A stretch of 64,000 nt of DNA from Nannocystis bainbridge (lineage in GTDB: Bacteria > Myxococcota_A > Polyangia > Nannocystales > Nannocystaceae). The notes below the pieces were generated by a model, which saw nothing but the letters and a program-made list of their open reading frames with translations, ran no database searches and was not told where the DNA came from. Where the stretch lies: contig NZ_JAQNDL010000004.1 of NCBI RefSeq assembly GCF_028368995.1, positions 352,001-416,000 on the forward strand, read 5' to 3'. Shown piece by piece: positions 1-9,095 of this stretch. The position numbers and the translations under genes are program-made. Position 1 is the first letter of the stretch. Each line of letters starts with the position of its first letter.

Positions 1-98
1 TGGTCGACGCCCGCGGCTCCGAGGTCCGCCTCGACGGGCCGACGTGGGGCCGGCTCATGCAACAGATCGAGGACCTCGGCGCGTCGTCCGACAGTTAG
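1..98 (+). CDS. 3' end of an unidentified CDS entering the window (partial)
   Basis: Open frame from 3 (VDARGSEVRLDG...SSDS) to TAG at 96-98 with GC3-rich codons, ending just before the ccsA start. Confidence 0.45.
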   Translation, partial: VDARGSEVRLDGPTWGRLMQQIEDLGASSDS

Positions 99-103
99 GC
101 CCC

Positions 104-913
104 ATGCTCGTCCTCTTCATCCTCGCTTCGCTCGCCTACGGGGCCGCGATCTTCGCGTACGCGCTCGACCCGCCCGCGAGCGAGGCGCGCGCAGATGCGC
201 TGCATCGCGAGACGCGCGCGGGGATCTTGCTGGCGATCGCGGCGGCGCTGCACGTGGGTTGCATCGGCGCGCAATGCGTCGCCGGCGAGCACCCGTTCAG
301 CTCGGTGTTCCTGGCGACCAGCTTCGGCGCGCTCATCGCGGTGGTCGGCGGCCTGGTGGTCGGACGGATCCGCCGGGCGGCGACGCTCGGCGCGATCGTG
401 GCGCCGGTCGGGCTGCTCGGGCTCTCGATCGGCGTGATGTTCGGAGCGGCGAGCGTGCACGACCCGCTGCCGGCGCCGACCAGCGCGCTGGCGAAGGCGC
501 ACATCGGCCTGGCGACGGCGGGCCTCGGCGGGTTCACGATCGCGGCGGGCATCGCCGCGCTTTACCTGACGATGGACCGGCGACTGCGGCTGAAACGCTG
601 GAAGCCCCAGCCTGGCGGCCTGTCGCTCACCGGCCTCGAGCGCCTGCACTACCATGCTGTGATGCTGGTCGTGCCGGTGCTGACGCTGACGATCGTCACC
701 GGGGTGCTGTGGACGGTCAAGTCGGGCGGCGTGGCGGCGATCGGCGGGCGCTGGATCGAGGTGGTGATGGCGGCGGCGGCGTGGCTGTGCGGCGCGGCGA
801 TCCTGGTGATGCGCGCGACGATGGGGCTGCGCGGGCGCAAGTCGGCGCTGCTCACCCTGGCCGCGTTCGCGTGCACGCTGCTCGTGCTGGTCTGGTACGG
901 GGTGCGGGCATGA
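104..913 (+). CDS. ccsA: Cytochrome c assembly protein (CcsA/CcmC family membrane protein)
   Basis: Multiple TM helices, conserved His (AKAHIGLA), IVTGVLW and GLRGRKSA motifs; directly upstream of hemA, a common pairing; ATG at 104. Confidence 0.75.
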   Translation: MLVLFILASLAYGAAIFAYALDPPASEARADALHRETRAGILLAIAAALHVGCIGAQCVAGEHPFSSVFLATSFGALIAVVGGLVVGRIRRAATLGAIVAPVGLLGLSIGVMFGAASVHDPLPAPTSALAKAHIGLATAGLGGFTIAAGIAALYLTMDRRLRLKRWKPQPGGLSLTGLERLHYHAVMLVVPVLTLTIVTGVLWTVKSGGVAAIGGRWIEVVMAAAAWLCGAAILVMRATMGLRGRKSALLTLAAFACTLLVLVWYGVRA

Positions 914-2235
914 CGGAGCTCGTGGCGGTCGGGCTCAATCACAAGACAGCCCCGGTCGAGCTCCGCGAGCGCCTGGCCTTTGGGACAGGTGACGTCGCGG
1001 CCGCGCTGTCGGCCCTGCGCGAGCGCGCGGGCCTCGGCGAGGTGATGATCGTGTCGACCTGCAACCGCGTCGAGGTCTACGCGGTCGCGCCGCACTGGGC
1101 CCGCGCCGGCGAGCGCGTGCTGCAGGCGCTGGCCGACACGCGCGCGGTGCCGCTGCCCGAGCTGGTGGCACACACGTTCGTGCGCGGCGAACGAGCGGCG
1201 GCGAGTCACATCTGTCGCGTGGCGGCCAGCCTCGAGAGCATGGTGGTCGGCGAGCCGCAGATCCTGGGCCAGGTGAAGGACGCGTTCGAGCTGGCGCAGC
1301 GCGAGGGCACCGTCGGCGGGGTGCTCGACCGCTGCCTCGGGACGGCCTTCCGCGCGGCCAAGCGGGTCCGCAGCGAGACCGAGGTGGCCCGCGGGGCGGC
1401 GAGCGTGCCGTCGGTGGCGGTCGACCTGGCGCGATCGATCTTCGGCGAGCTCACCGGCAGCGGCGCGTTGCTGGTGGGCGCCGGCGAGATGGCGTCGCAG
1501 GCCGGCGTGCACCTCAAGGCGGCCGGCGTGGCCGAGATCGCGGTGGTCAACCGCAGCGAGGCCCGCGGGCGCGCCCTGGCGGACGAGCTTTCAGCCCGCT
1601 TCGCGCCGTGGGACAGCCTCGACGCCGAGCTGCGCCGCGCCGACATCGTGGTGACGAGCACCGGGGCGCAGCGGCCGGTGATCGACCGCGCGCTGCTGCG
1701 ACCGGTGATGAAGGTCCGCCGCGGCAAGCCGATCTTCTTCGTCGACATCGCGGTGCCCCGAGACGTCGAGCCGGAGGTGGCGCGTCTCGAACAGGTGTTC
1801 CTCTACAACATCGACGACCTGCAAGGGATCGTGCACGACAACATGCGGGCCCGGGCAGCCGAGGCGGACCGCGCGGGGTCGCTGGTGGAGGAGGAGGTCG
1901 GCGAGTTCGTGGCCTGGCAACGGGCGCGGGCGATCGGGCCGATCGTGCAGGCGCTGCAGCAGCACGCGCGGGCGATCGCGGAGGCGGAGCTCGGCCGGAT
2001 CCGCGGCAAGCTGCAAGGGCTGGCGCCGGAGCAGCAGAAGGCCGTGGAGGCGCTGGCCAACGGGATCGTGCAGAAGCTGCTGCACAAGCCGATGACGGCG
2101 CTGCGCCAGGCCGCGGTGGGCGAGGGCGGCGAGGCCGACCTGGCCGGGGCGGTGCAGCAGCTGTTCGGGCTCGAGGTGCCGTCGGCGACCGCAGCGGCGG
2201 CAGCACTGCTGAAGCCCGAGCTCGTGCGCGAGTGA
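910..2235 (+). CDS. hemA: Glutamyl-tRNA reductase
   Basis: GLNHKTAPVELRERLAF, STCNRVEVY, ESMVVGEPQILGQVK, GAGEM, DIAVPRDV; ATGA overlap with the ccsA stop. Confidence 0.97.
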   Translation: MTELVAVGLNHKTAPVELRERLAFGTGDVAAALSALRERAGLGEVMIVSTCNRVEVYAVAPHWARAGERVLQALADTRAVPLPELVAHTFVRGERAAASHICRVAASLESMVVGEPQILGQVKDAFELAQREGTVGGVLDRCLGTAFRAAKRVRSETEVARGAASVPSVAVDLARSIFGELTGSGALLVGAGEMASQAGVHLKAAGVAEIAVVNRSEARGRALADELSARFAPWDSLDAELRRADIVVTSTGAQRPVIDRALLRPVMKVRRGKPIFFVDIAVPRDVEPEVARLEQVFLYNIDDLQGIVHDNMRARAAEADRAGSLVEEEVGEFVAWQRARAIGPIVQALQQHARAIAEAELGRIRGKLQGLAPEQQKAVEALANGIVQKLLHKPMTALRQAAVGEGGEADLAGAVQQLFGLEVPSATAAAAALLKPELVRE

Positions 2236-2274
2236 CGAGGGCCGGGCGCCGCGACGGGCGCGCTTGAAGCGAGG

Positions 2275-2338
2275 GACATGTCCCGAGGAGAATGTCCTGG
2301 GGGGCATGTCCCTGAGGACATGCCCGTGCGGACATGTC
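2275..2338. repeat. 14-bp-phased GACA/TGTC palindromic array (5 cores)
   Basis: Cores GACATGTC, AGAATGTC, GGCATGTC, GACATGCC, GACATGTC start at 2275, 2289, 2303, 2317, 2331. Confidence 0.9.
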
Positions 2339-2340
2339 CC

Positions 2341-2545
2341 TCAGGTCTTGTGGGCCAGGGCGGCGAGCACGGCGTCGGCGCCGAGGCGGAGCAGGAGCTC
2401 GGCGACCCCTCAGGGCTTGTGGGCGAGCGCGGCGAGTACGGCGTCGGCGCGGAGCGGAGCAGGAGCTCGGCGAGCCTCAGGTCTTGTGGGCGAGCGCGGC
2501 GAGCACGGCGTCGGCGCCGAGGCGGAGCAGGAGCTCGGCGACGGC
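2341..2545 (-). repeat. Tandem triplication (67-69 bp unit) of the hemC 3' end including its stop codon
   Basis: TCAGG(T/G)CTTGTGGGC...GCAGGAGCTCGGCGA starts at 2341, 2410 and 2477. Confidence 0.9.
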
Positions 2546-3475
2546 GGTGCCGAGGTCGGCGGCGTCGGCGGGCGGACCGACGCGGGCGGCGGTGAAGCAG
2601 GGGCGGCCGCTCGGGTCGGTGATGACGCCGCGGACGTGCAGGAGCTCGCCCTGCAGCTCGGCGTGGCAGCCCATCGGGACCTGGCAGCCGCCGTCGAGGC
2701 GGGCGAGGAAGGAGCGCTCGGCGGCGGCGACGGTGGCGGCGTGGGCGTCGTTCAGCGGGGCGACGAGGGCGCGCACGCGGTCGTCGTCGGCGCGGCTCTC
2801 GAGCGCGAGGATCCCCTGGCAGGCGGCCGGACAGAACTGTTCGGGGTCGAGGCGAGCGTCGATGCGCTCGCTCAGGCCGAGGCGGACGAGGCCGGCGGTG
2901 GCGAGCAGGATGGCGTCGTAGTCGCCGGCGTCGAGCTTGCGCAGGCGGGTGGGCACGTTGCCGCGCAGCGGGCGGATCTGCAGGCCAGGGTGGAGGCGCA
3001 GGGCCAGGGCGCCGCGGCGCAGGCTGGTGGTCCCGAGCGCGGCACCGGCGGGCAAGGACTGGATCGAGAGGTCGCTCGGGGCCTGTCCTTCGGGACAGAG
3101 AGCGGCGCGCAGGGCAGGGCCGAGGACGAGGGCGTCGCGGGCGTCCTCCCGCGGCGGGGTACAGACGATGGCGAGGCCGGGGTGCAGGCGCCCGGGCAGG
3201 TCCTTCATGCTGTGGACGGCGAGGTCGACTTCACCGGCGGCGAGTCGCTCCTCGATGGCGTTGACGAACAGACCCTTGCCGCCGATCTGGTTGAGCGGGC
3301 GGTCCTGGATCCGGTCGCCCTCGGTGGTGATGTGCACGAGCTCGACGGCGAGGCCGTCGCCCCAGACGGCGCGCAGCCGGTCGCGGATGTGGTGGGCTTG
3401 CCACAGCGCCAGCTCGGAGGCGCGAGTGCCGATCCGCAGCGGACGATCGAGGTCGGGCTTGGTCGAGGCGGTCAT
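2477..3475 (-). CDS. hemC: Porphobilinogen deaminase (hydroxymethylbilane synthase)
   Basis: RIGTRASELALWQA, GGKGLF, AVHSMKDLP, LRGNVPTRL, ERSFLARLDGGCQVP. Confidence 0.97.
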   Translation of the reverse strand: MTASTKPDLDRPLRIGTRASELALWQAHHIRDRLRAVWGDGLAVELVHITTEGDRIQDRPLNQIGGKGLFVNAIEERLAAGEVDLAVHSMKDLPGRLHPGLAIVCTPPREDARDALVLGPALRAALCPEGQAPSDLSIQSLPAGAALGTTSLRRGALALRLHPGLQIRPLRGNVPTRLRKLDAGDYDAILLATAGLVRLGLSERIDARLDPEQFCPAACQGILALESRADDDRVRALVAPLNDAHAATVAAAERSFLARLDGGCQVPMGCHAELQGELLHVRGVITDPSGRPCFTAARVGPPADAADLGTAVAELLLRLGADAVLAALAHKT

Positions 3476-3807
3476 GCCGGGCGGGGATGATAGCGCCTGC
3501 GCTCGCACGGGCGCCACCGGGGTCGGGCGCCCGGCCCCGGGGGCTCCGAGGGCCGGGGTCGGGCGGCGGGTGTCATCGAGGCGAGCAGGGCCGCGCGAAC
3601 GGCGAGCGCGCCGCCCTGGTGGCCGTCGACCTCGCACGCGGGGGATGCCGGCAATCCGTGACGGCGCTCGGGATCGATGAGGGGTCAGGCCTCGTGGCGT
3701 GCGTTGCCTTGGTGCGCAGTCGGTCGCGAGGCATGCTGGCCTCGGAGACCGGAGGCGGGCGGCAAGCAGTGCCCGCTCGGCGCAGGTCCGGCGAGAGGAC
3801 GAGGACG

Positions 3808-4143
3808 ATGATCCGCGTGATGTACTGGTGGAAGGTCGAGCCGGGCCAGGAAGATGCGTTCGCGGCGGCGTGGTCGCAGGTGACGCGGTGGATCCGGGAG
3901 CATAAACCGGGCGCTCGCGGCAGCTTGCTGCTGCGCAGCGCCGAGGACCCGCACGAGTTCGTGGCGATCGCCCGCTGGACCAGCCGCGAGGCGTGGGAGG
4001 CGTCGCCGCAGCTGGATGACGCCGAGATGCAGGTGCATCGGCAGACGATGCGGACGACGGCGGAACGCTCGCGCCCGGCCGTGTTCTTCGAGGAGGTGGC
4101 CGACCTGACGGTCAGCGACGAGGAGCGGGCAGGCGAGGCTTGA
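3808..4143 (+). CDS. Antibiotic biosynthesis monooxygenase (ABM)-like dimeric alpha/beta-barrel protein
   Basis: WKVEPGQEDAFAAAW...PGARGSLLLR...FVAIARWTSREAW pattern; GAGGA RBS upstream. Confidence 0.7.
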   Translation: MIRVMYWWKVEPGQEDAFAAAWSQVTRWIREHKPGARGSLLLRSAEDPHEFVAIARWTSREAWEASPQLDDAEMQVHRQTMRTTAERSRPAVFFEEVADLTVSDEERAGEA

Positions 4144-4199
4144 GGCGTGCCGGCGCTTCGCACGGCGCGGCGGGCACGTGGGAGACGCCTGGCGACAGG

Positions 4200-4263
4200 G
4201 ACATGTCGCTGAGGACATAAACCGAAGGACATGCCCATACGGGCATGTCCTCGAAAACATGTC
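4200..4263. repeat. 14-bp-phased GACA/TGTC array (5 cores)
   Basis: Cores at 4200, 4214, 4228, 4242, 4256 between convergent genes. Confidence 0.9.
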
Positions 4264-4265
4264 CT

Positions 4266-5126
4266 TCAGCGCTTGTCGGCCGGCGGGTCTTCGGGGGCGC
4301 CGCCGAGGCGGAACACGATCTCGCCGCGGATCTGGTCGGTCTCGACCCAGCCGATCGCCCGTGAGTCGCAGCAGGCGCCCTCGTCGCGGTTGTCGGCGAC
4401 GAGCAGGTAGCCGTCGGCGGGCATCTCGTAGGGGCCGCCGTCGGCGGGCACGCCCATGCCGGGCCAGGCGTCGGGGCCGGCGGTGCTGGCGAGGACCTGA
4501 TAGCGGCGATCGCCGATGATCTCGAAGGAGGTCGGGCGCCCGTTGGGCACGCCGGGGCCGTCGCCGGGCTTGTGCGCGAGCGGCTCGCCGTTGACGGCGA
4601 GGCCGAGGGCGCCGCGCGGATCGCCGAAGGTGACGGCGTCGCCGGGGAGGGCGAGGATCCGCGCGACCCGCAGGCTGCGCGGCGGCGGTCGCCCGGCGAC
4701 GCCGCTGCGCCGCTGGACCTTCTCCCACTCGTCGTCGAGGCCGAGCTCCTTGGCGTCGACGACGGCGGTGTTGCGCAGGCGATCGCGGGTGCCGGGCACG
4801 CGCGGACGCGCGTCGGGCAGGGGCCGCTCGCCGGGCAGCTCCTGCACGGGCGAGGGCTCGGGCGGCGGCGGCGGCGGCGTGGGGTCGTAGACGACGAGGT
4901 CGCCGCGGTCGAGGCCCCAGGTGCCGCGCACGAACAGGACGTGATCGCCGCTGCGGAGGTTGGGCGCCATGCCGTCGCCGTGGATCTCGACGACGGTGGC
5001 GAAGCTGCAGCGCAGCATCAAGAGAGCGGCGCCACCGACGAGCACGCCCCAGGCGAGCCGCGTCGGCCAGGTGCGATCCGGCGGCGCGGGGTAGTCGTCA
5101 GGCTCTGGTTCGCGGCGAAACAACAT
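4266..5126 (-). CDS. Signal peptidase I (S26)-like protein, catalytic Ser/Lys apparently substituted
   Basis: One N-terminal TM; box B-like IHGDGMAPNL; box D-like VARILALPGD; box E-like LVADNRD...DSR. Confidence 0.75.
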   Translation of the reverse strand: MLFRREPEPDDYPAPPDRTWPTRLAWGVLVGGAALLMLRCSFATVVEIHGDGMAPNLRSGDHVLFVRGTWGLDRGDLVVYDPTPPPPPPEPSPVQELPGERPLPDARPRVPGTRDRLRNTAVVDAKELGLDDEWEKVQRRSGVAGRPPPRSLRVARILALPGDAVTFGDPRGALGLAVNGEPLAHKPGDGPGVPNGRPTSFEIIGDRRYQVLASTAGPDAWPGMGVPADGGPYEMPADGYLLVADNRDEGACCDSRAIGWVETDQIRGEIVFRLGGAPEDPPADKR

Positions 5127-5781
5127 GCGAGGCGCGGAGCTGTTCGCTCAGCGCGGCGACATCTTGCTCGACCCGGGCGGGCGGACCAAAGAAGACGCCG
5201 ATCCCGGCGAGGGCCCGCGCGCCGGCGGCGAGGCAGGCGGCGGCGGTGGCCGGACCGACGCCGCCGAGGGCGACGAGGCAGGCGGCGGGCTCGGCGGCCC
5301 AGGCGCGCAGACCGTCGAGGCCGATCGGTCGCTTGCTGCCGAGCGGAGCGCCGGGCTGGGCGGTGGTCGGCGGGAAGACGGGGGCGACGAGGGTGTAGTC
5401 GACGAGGTGGTGGCCGGGCTGTGGGGGGCCGTGCACGGCCCGGCCGAGCAGGCCGGGCAGGCGCGGGCGCAGCTCGGCGAGGCGGACGAGCGAGGGGTCG
5501 CCGCGCAGGTGGAGGCCGTCGACGTCGGGCAGGCCGGCGGCGCGTAGGGCGTGCTCGGGATCGACGGCGAGCAGGATCGGGATCGCGCGCTCGCGGCAGC
5601 GGCGGACGACAGCGGCGAGGCGGCCGGCCGGATCGAGCAGAGCCTCCGGCGCGGCGCCAGGCTCGCGCAGGAGGACGGCCAGCGCGAGGTCGCCGGCACC
5701 GGCGCGCCAGCACCCGACGAGCTCGGGATCGACGGGGCCGGTCGGCGGGGTGATGGCGAGCAGATGGAAGGGCGGGGTCAC
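5098..5781 (-). CDS. thiE: Thiamine-phosphate synthase / TenI-like protein
   Basis: DGLHL, APVFPPTT, VALGGVGP, AAGARALAGI; downstream of thiG. Confidence 0.7.
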   Translation of the reverse strand: MTPPFHLLAITPPTGPVDPELVGCWRAGAGDLALAVLLREPGAAPEALLDPAGRLAAVVRRCRERAIPILLAVDPEHALRAAGLPDVDGLHLRGDPSLVRLAELRPRLPGLLGRAVHGPPQPGHHLVDYTLVAPVFPPTTAQPGAPLGSKRPIGLDGLRAWAAEPAACLVALGGVGPATAAACLAAGARALAGIGVFFGPPARVEQDVAALSEQLRASHVVSPRTRA

Positions 5782-5797
5782 GAGGACGCGCGCGCGT

Positions 5798-6574
5798 TCA
5801 CTCGATCATGCCCGCCGTCGGGCTCGAGGCGCTGCCGATCACGCGCGTGGGCATGCGGCCGGCGCGGAAGGCCTTGCGACCGGCGACGATGCCGTCGCGC
5901 ATGGCCTCGGCCATGAGCAAGGGGACCTGGGCGTGGGCCACGGCGGTGTTCATGAGCACGGCGGTGCAGCCGAGCTCCATGGCGATCGCGGCGTCGCTGG
6001 CGGTGCCGACGCCGGCGTCGACGATGACCGGGATCTTGGCCTGCTCGATGATGAGGCGGATGTTGTGCGGGTTGCGGATCCCGAGGCCGCTGCCGATCGG
6101 CGCCGCGAGCGGCATGACGGCGGCGCAGCCCATCGCCTCGAGCTTGCGGCAGACGATCGGATCGTCGGTGCAGTAAGGAAGGACGACGAAGCCCTCGTCG
6201 AGGAGGATCTTGGCGGCCTTGAGGGTCTCTTCGTTGTCGGGCAGGAGCGTGCGCGGGTCGCCGATGACCTCGAGCTTGACGAGGTCGGCGATGCCGAGCT
6301 CGCGCGCGAGGCGGAGCGTGCGAACGGCGTCGTCGGCGGTGTAGCAGCCGGCGGTGTTCGGCAGCAGCGTGTAGCGGCTGCGATCGATCCACGACAGCAG
6401 GTTGTCCTTGACCTTGAGGTCGACGCGGCGCAGCGCGACCGTCACGATCTCGGCGCCGCTGGCGGCCAGGCAGGCGCGCGTCTCCTCGGCGTCCTTGTAC
6501 TTGCCGGTGCCGATGATGAGGCGCGAGGTCAGGGTCCGACCGGCGAGGGTCCAGGTGTCGTGTGTATCGCTCAA
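5798..6574 (-). CDS. thiG: Thiazole synthase
   Basis: [46 protein letters not shown]. Confidence 0.97.
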   Translation of the reverse strand: MSDTHDTWTLAGRTLTSRLIIGTGKYKDAEETRACLAASGAEIVTVALRRVDLKVKDNLLSWIDRSRYTLLPNTAGCYTADDAVRTLRLARELGIADLVKLEVIGDPRTLLPDNEETLKAAKILLDEGFVVLPYCTDDPIVCRKLEAMGCAAVMPLAAPIGSGLGIRNPHNIRLIIEQAKIPVIVDAGVGTASDAAIAMELGCTAVLMNTAVAHAQVPLLMAEAMRDGIVAGRKAFRAGRMPTRVIGSASSPTAGMIE

Positions 6575-6576
6575 TT

Positions 6577-6780
6577 TCAGCCTCCGCCGACGAAGGTGAC
6601 CACCTCGAGCCGGTCACCGTCGACCAGCTCGATCTGTGCGTAGGTGGCCCGTGGCACGATCTCTCGGTTGCGTTCGACCGCTACCTGCCGCGGATCCAGA
6701 CCCAGCGAGGCGACCAGCGCCGCGACCGTGGTCCCGGGCGCGAACGGGTGGGGCTCGCCGTTGAGCACGAGGGTCGGCAC
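6577..6780 (-). CDS. thiS: Sulfur carrier protein
   Basis: LVLNGE...[12 protein letters not shown]...EVVTFVGGG with C-terminal Gly-Gly; GTG start inferred. Confidence 0.93.
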   Translation of the reverse strand: MPTLVLNGEPHPFAPGTTVAALVASLGLDPRQVAVERNREIVPRATYAQIELVDGDRLEVVTFVGGG

Positions 6781-6986
6781 GGGCGGAAAGGTACAACGAA
6801 CCGGGGGTGCGACGAGATGGCGCCATGTGCGCCGGCACGACATGGATCACAGCGTTGCCCAATTCACTCACCTGTGGCGATCGTGCAACAGGTACCCAGG
6901 GGCGCGATGATCGCCGTATTTTTGGAAGACTAATGGAAAATCAATGAGTTAGGCGTTTGACGCGCCGTGCCGGCGTTTGGCCCGCT

Positions 6987-7004
6987 TTGTGCTCACTCCC
7001 ACAA
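6987..7004. promoter_or_regulatory. Crp/MrpC-type palindrome TTGTG-N8-CACAA just before the mrpC-like start
   Basis: TTGTGCTCACTCCCACAA has TGT-N10-ACA spacing; ends 2 bp before the ATG at 7007. Confidence 0.45.
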
Positions 7005-7006
7005 GT

Positions 7007-7735
7007 ATGCACGTTGAGTCGGAATCCCGCCGTCCGAGCATCCCCCTGGAACGCATGGAAGCCCAGGATATCCTGTCCTGCGTCGAGCCCTTCACCGCTG
7101 CCCGCCCCGCCGAGTTGGAGGTGCTGGGGCGCACGGCCGTACGAGTCCGAAAGACGCCCGCCAGCATCCTCTGCCACGATGGGCAGCCGGCTGACGGCCT
7201 TTATATCGTGCTCCGTGGACGCATCAACCTGGTCCGCGCCGTCGATGGCAACCGCGACCTGATCCTGTCGAGCCTCGGGCCCGGCGAAGTGTTCGGCGAG
7301 AACTGCGCGATGCCCGGGATGGTGATGTCGACCACCGCCGTCGCCGCGGTGCAGAGCGAGATGCTGCGGATCCCCGGCGAGGCGCTCAGCGAGCACCTCC
7401 GGCGCGAGCCCGAGACCGTGGTCCGCTTGATGCGGATGCAGTACGAGAAGCTCCGCGAGGTCGAGGCGGTGGCGAGCGGCCTGGCGCTGTGTGACGTGGA
7501 GCAGCGGCTGCGCCGCACGCTCGCTCGCCTGGCGCGTCGGCAGGGCCGCCGCAACCCGGCGAGCGCCGGCTGGATCCTCGCGCCGGTGCCGACGCAGTCG
7601 GAGCTCGCGCGCATGGTCGGCTCGTGTCGTGAGACCGTGTCCCGCACGCTCAGCGCGATGGCCCGCAACGGCCTCGTCAGCGGCAGCGGCCGGCGCATGA
7701 TCCTCAACGACAGCCTCGTCAACGAGACGCCCTGA
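7007..7735 (+). CDS. mrpC: Crp/Fnr family transcription factor, MrpC-like
   Basis: cNMP-binding fold (LGPGEVFGE) plus HTH PTQSELARMVGSCRETVSRTL, closely resembling the Myxococcus MrpC recognition region as I recall it. Confidence 0.7.
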   Translation: MHVESESRRPSIPLERMEAQDILSCVEPFTAARPAELEVLGRTAVRVRKTPASILCHDGQPADGLYIVLRGRINLVRAVDGNRDLILSSLGPGEVFGENCAMPGMVMSTTAVAAVQSEMLRIPGEALSEHLRREPETVVRLMRMQYEKLREVEAVASGLALCDVEQRLRRTLARLARRQGRRNPASAGWILAPVPTQSELARMVGSCRETVSRTLSAMARNGLVSGSGRRMILNDSLVNETP

Positions 7736-7782
7736 AGCCCGCGGAATGTCGGCGAGGCCGGGCGCGTTGGGGGACGCGCCCG

Positions 7783-8994
7783 ATGCCACGTTCCCCGACT
7801 CCTCGTGCTAACTTCGGGCCCGTGGCTTATTCCGGGCCTGATCGTCGGGTCGCCGACCGCAGGCAAGCGCCGATCGTCGAAGTCCGGCCGACTTATGCGT
7901 ATGTCGACGCCGGCGCGATGGTCCACAACCTGCGCACCGTGCAGGCGGCCGTCGGTCCGCGCTGCCGCGTGCTCGCGGTGGTCAAGGCCGACGGCTACGG
8001 CCACGGCGCGATCGAGGCGGCCCGCACGTTCGTCGACGCCGGCGCGTGGGGCTGCGCGGTCAGCCTGGTCGAGGAGGGCGTCGAGCTGCGCCAGGCCGAG
8101 ATCCGCGCGCCGGTGCTGGTGCTCGGCGGGGTCCATCCGGGCTCCGAAGACGTGATCGTGCACCGCTCGCTGACGCCGGTGGTGTGGGCCCGCGAGCACC
8201 TGCAGCTGCTGTCCGCCGCGGTCCGTCGCAGCGGGGCGCCGCCGCTGCCGATCCACCTGAAGATCGACACGGGCATGTCGCGGCTCGGCGCGCTGCCCGG
8301 CCAGCTGCCGGAGTTCCTCGACTGGCTCGAGGGCGAGGACGGGCAGCACGTGCGGCTCGAAGGCGTGATGACCCACTTCGCCTGCGCCGACGAGCCGGAC
8401 GACGTGACGAGCCCGCGCCAGCTCGAGTCGTTCCGCGACAGCCTGGCGGCGCTGGCCAGCCGCGGGTTCCACCCGCCGATCCGCCACGTGTGCAACAGCG
8501 CGGGGCTGGTCCGCCTGCCGCACGCGCACTTCGACATGGTGCGCCCGGGCGTGGCGATCTACGGGGCGGCGTCGAGCCGCGAGGTCGAGCTGCCGGGGTT
8601 GAAGATGGCGATGAGCGTGCACTCGCGGATCCTCGGCATCCGCGAGCTGCCGGCCGGCGCGCGGGTGTCGTACGGGCACCGCATGGAGCTGACGCGGCCG
8701 TCGCGGCTCGGCATCGTCCCGGTCGGCTACGCCGACGGCTACCCGCGGCGCATGAGCGGGCAGGCGCAGGTGCTGGTCCGCGGGCACCGCTGTCGGGTGG
8801 TCGGCAACATCACGATGGACGTGTCGATGATCGACGTGACCGACCTGCCCGACGCCCGCGAGGGCGAGCGCGTGACGCTGCTCGGGGCCCAGGGGCGCGA
8901 CCGCATCGACGCCTACGAGCTGGCGCGTTGGGCTGATGTCATCCCGTACGAGATCCTGTGCGGGATCTCGAAGCGGGTGCCGCGGCGGGGGTAG
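7783..8994 (+). CDS. alr: Alanine racemase (start may be the GTG at 7822)
   Basis: AVVKADGYGHG PLP-Lys motif, HLKIDTGMSRLG, MTHFACAD, VPVGYADG, GNITMD, IPYEILCGI. Confidence 0.96.
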   Translation: MPRSPTPRANFGPVAYSGPDRRVADRRQAPIVEVRPTYAYVDAGAMVHNLRTVQAAVGPRCRVLAVVKADGYGHGAIEAARTFVDAGAWGCAVSLVEEGVELRQAEIRAPVLVLGGVHPGSEDVIVHRSLTPVVWAREHLQLLSAAVRRSGAPPLPIHLKIDTGMSRLGALPGQLPEFLDWLEGEDGQHVRLEGVMTHFACADEPDDVTSPRQLESFRDSLAALASRGFHPPIRHVCNSAGLVRLPHAHFDMVRPGVAIYGAASSREVELPGLKMAMSVHSRILGIRELPAGARVSYGHRMELTRPSRLGIVPVGYADGYPRRMSGQAQVLVRGHRCRVVGNITMDVSMIDVTDLPDAREGERVTLLGAQGRDRIDAYELARWADVIPYEILCGISKRVPRRG

Positions 8995-9005
8995 CGGAGC
9001 TTCGG

Positions 9006-9069
9006 GACATGTCGCGCAGGACATGTCCGTTCGGACAATGACGAAGGGACATGCTCTTTCGAGCATGTC
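9006..9069. repeat. 14-bp-phased GACA/TGTC array (5 cores)
   Basis: Cores at 9006, 9020, 9034, 9048, 9062. Confidence 0.9.
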
Positions 9070-9095
9070 CCTTGAGATAGCGACCAGCCCCGGGC

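Noticed and set aside
3083-3098. CTGT-N8-ACAG as an E. coli-type SOS box
   Set aside because: It lies inside hemC, myxobacterial LexA uses a different box, and it is simply one instance of the 14-bp motif
7007-7735. MrpC-like protein as the binder of the TGTC-N6-GACA motif
   Set aside because: Crp/MrpC sites use TGT-N10-ACA (TGTC-N8-GACA) spacing, whereas the motif is TGT-N8-ACA and avoids promoters; not fully excluded without an EMSA
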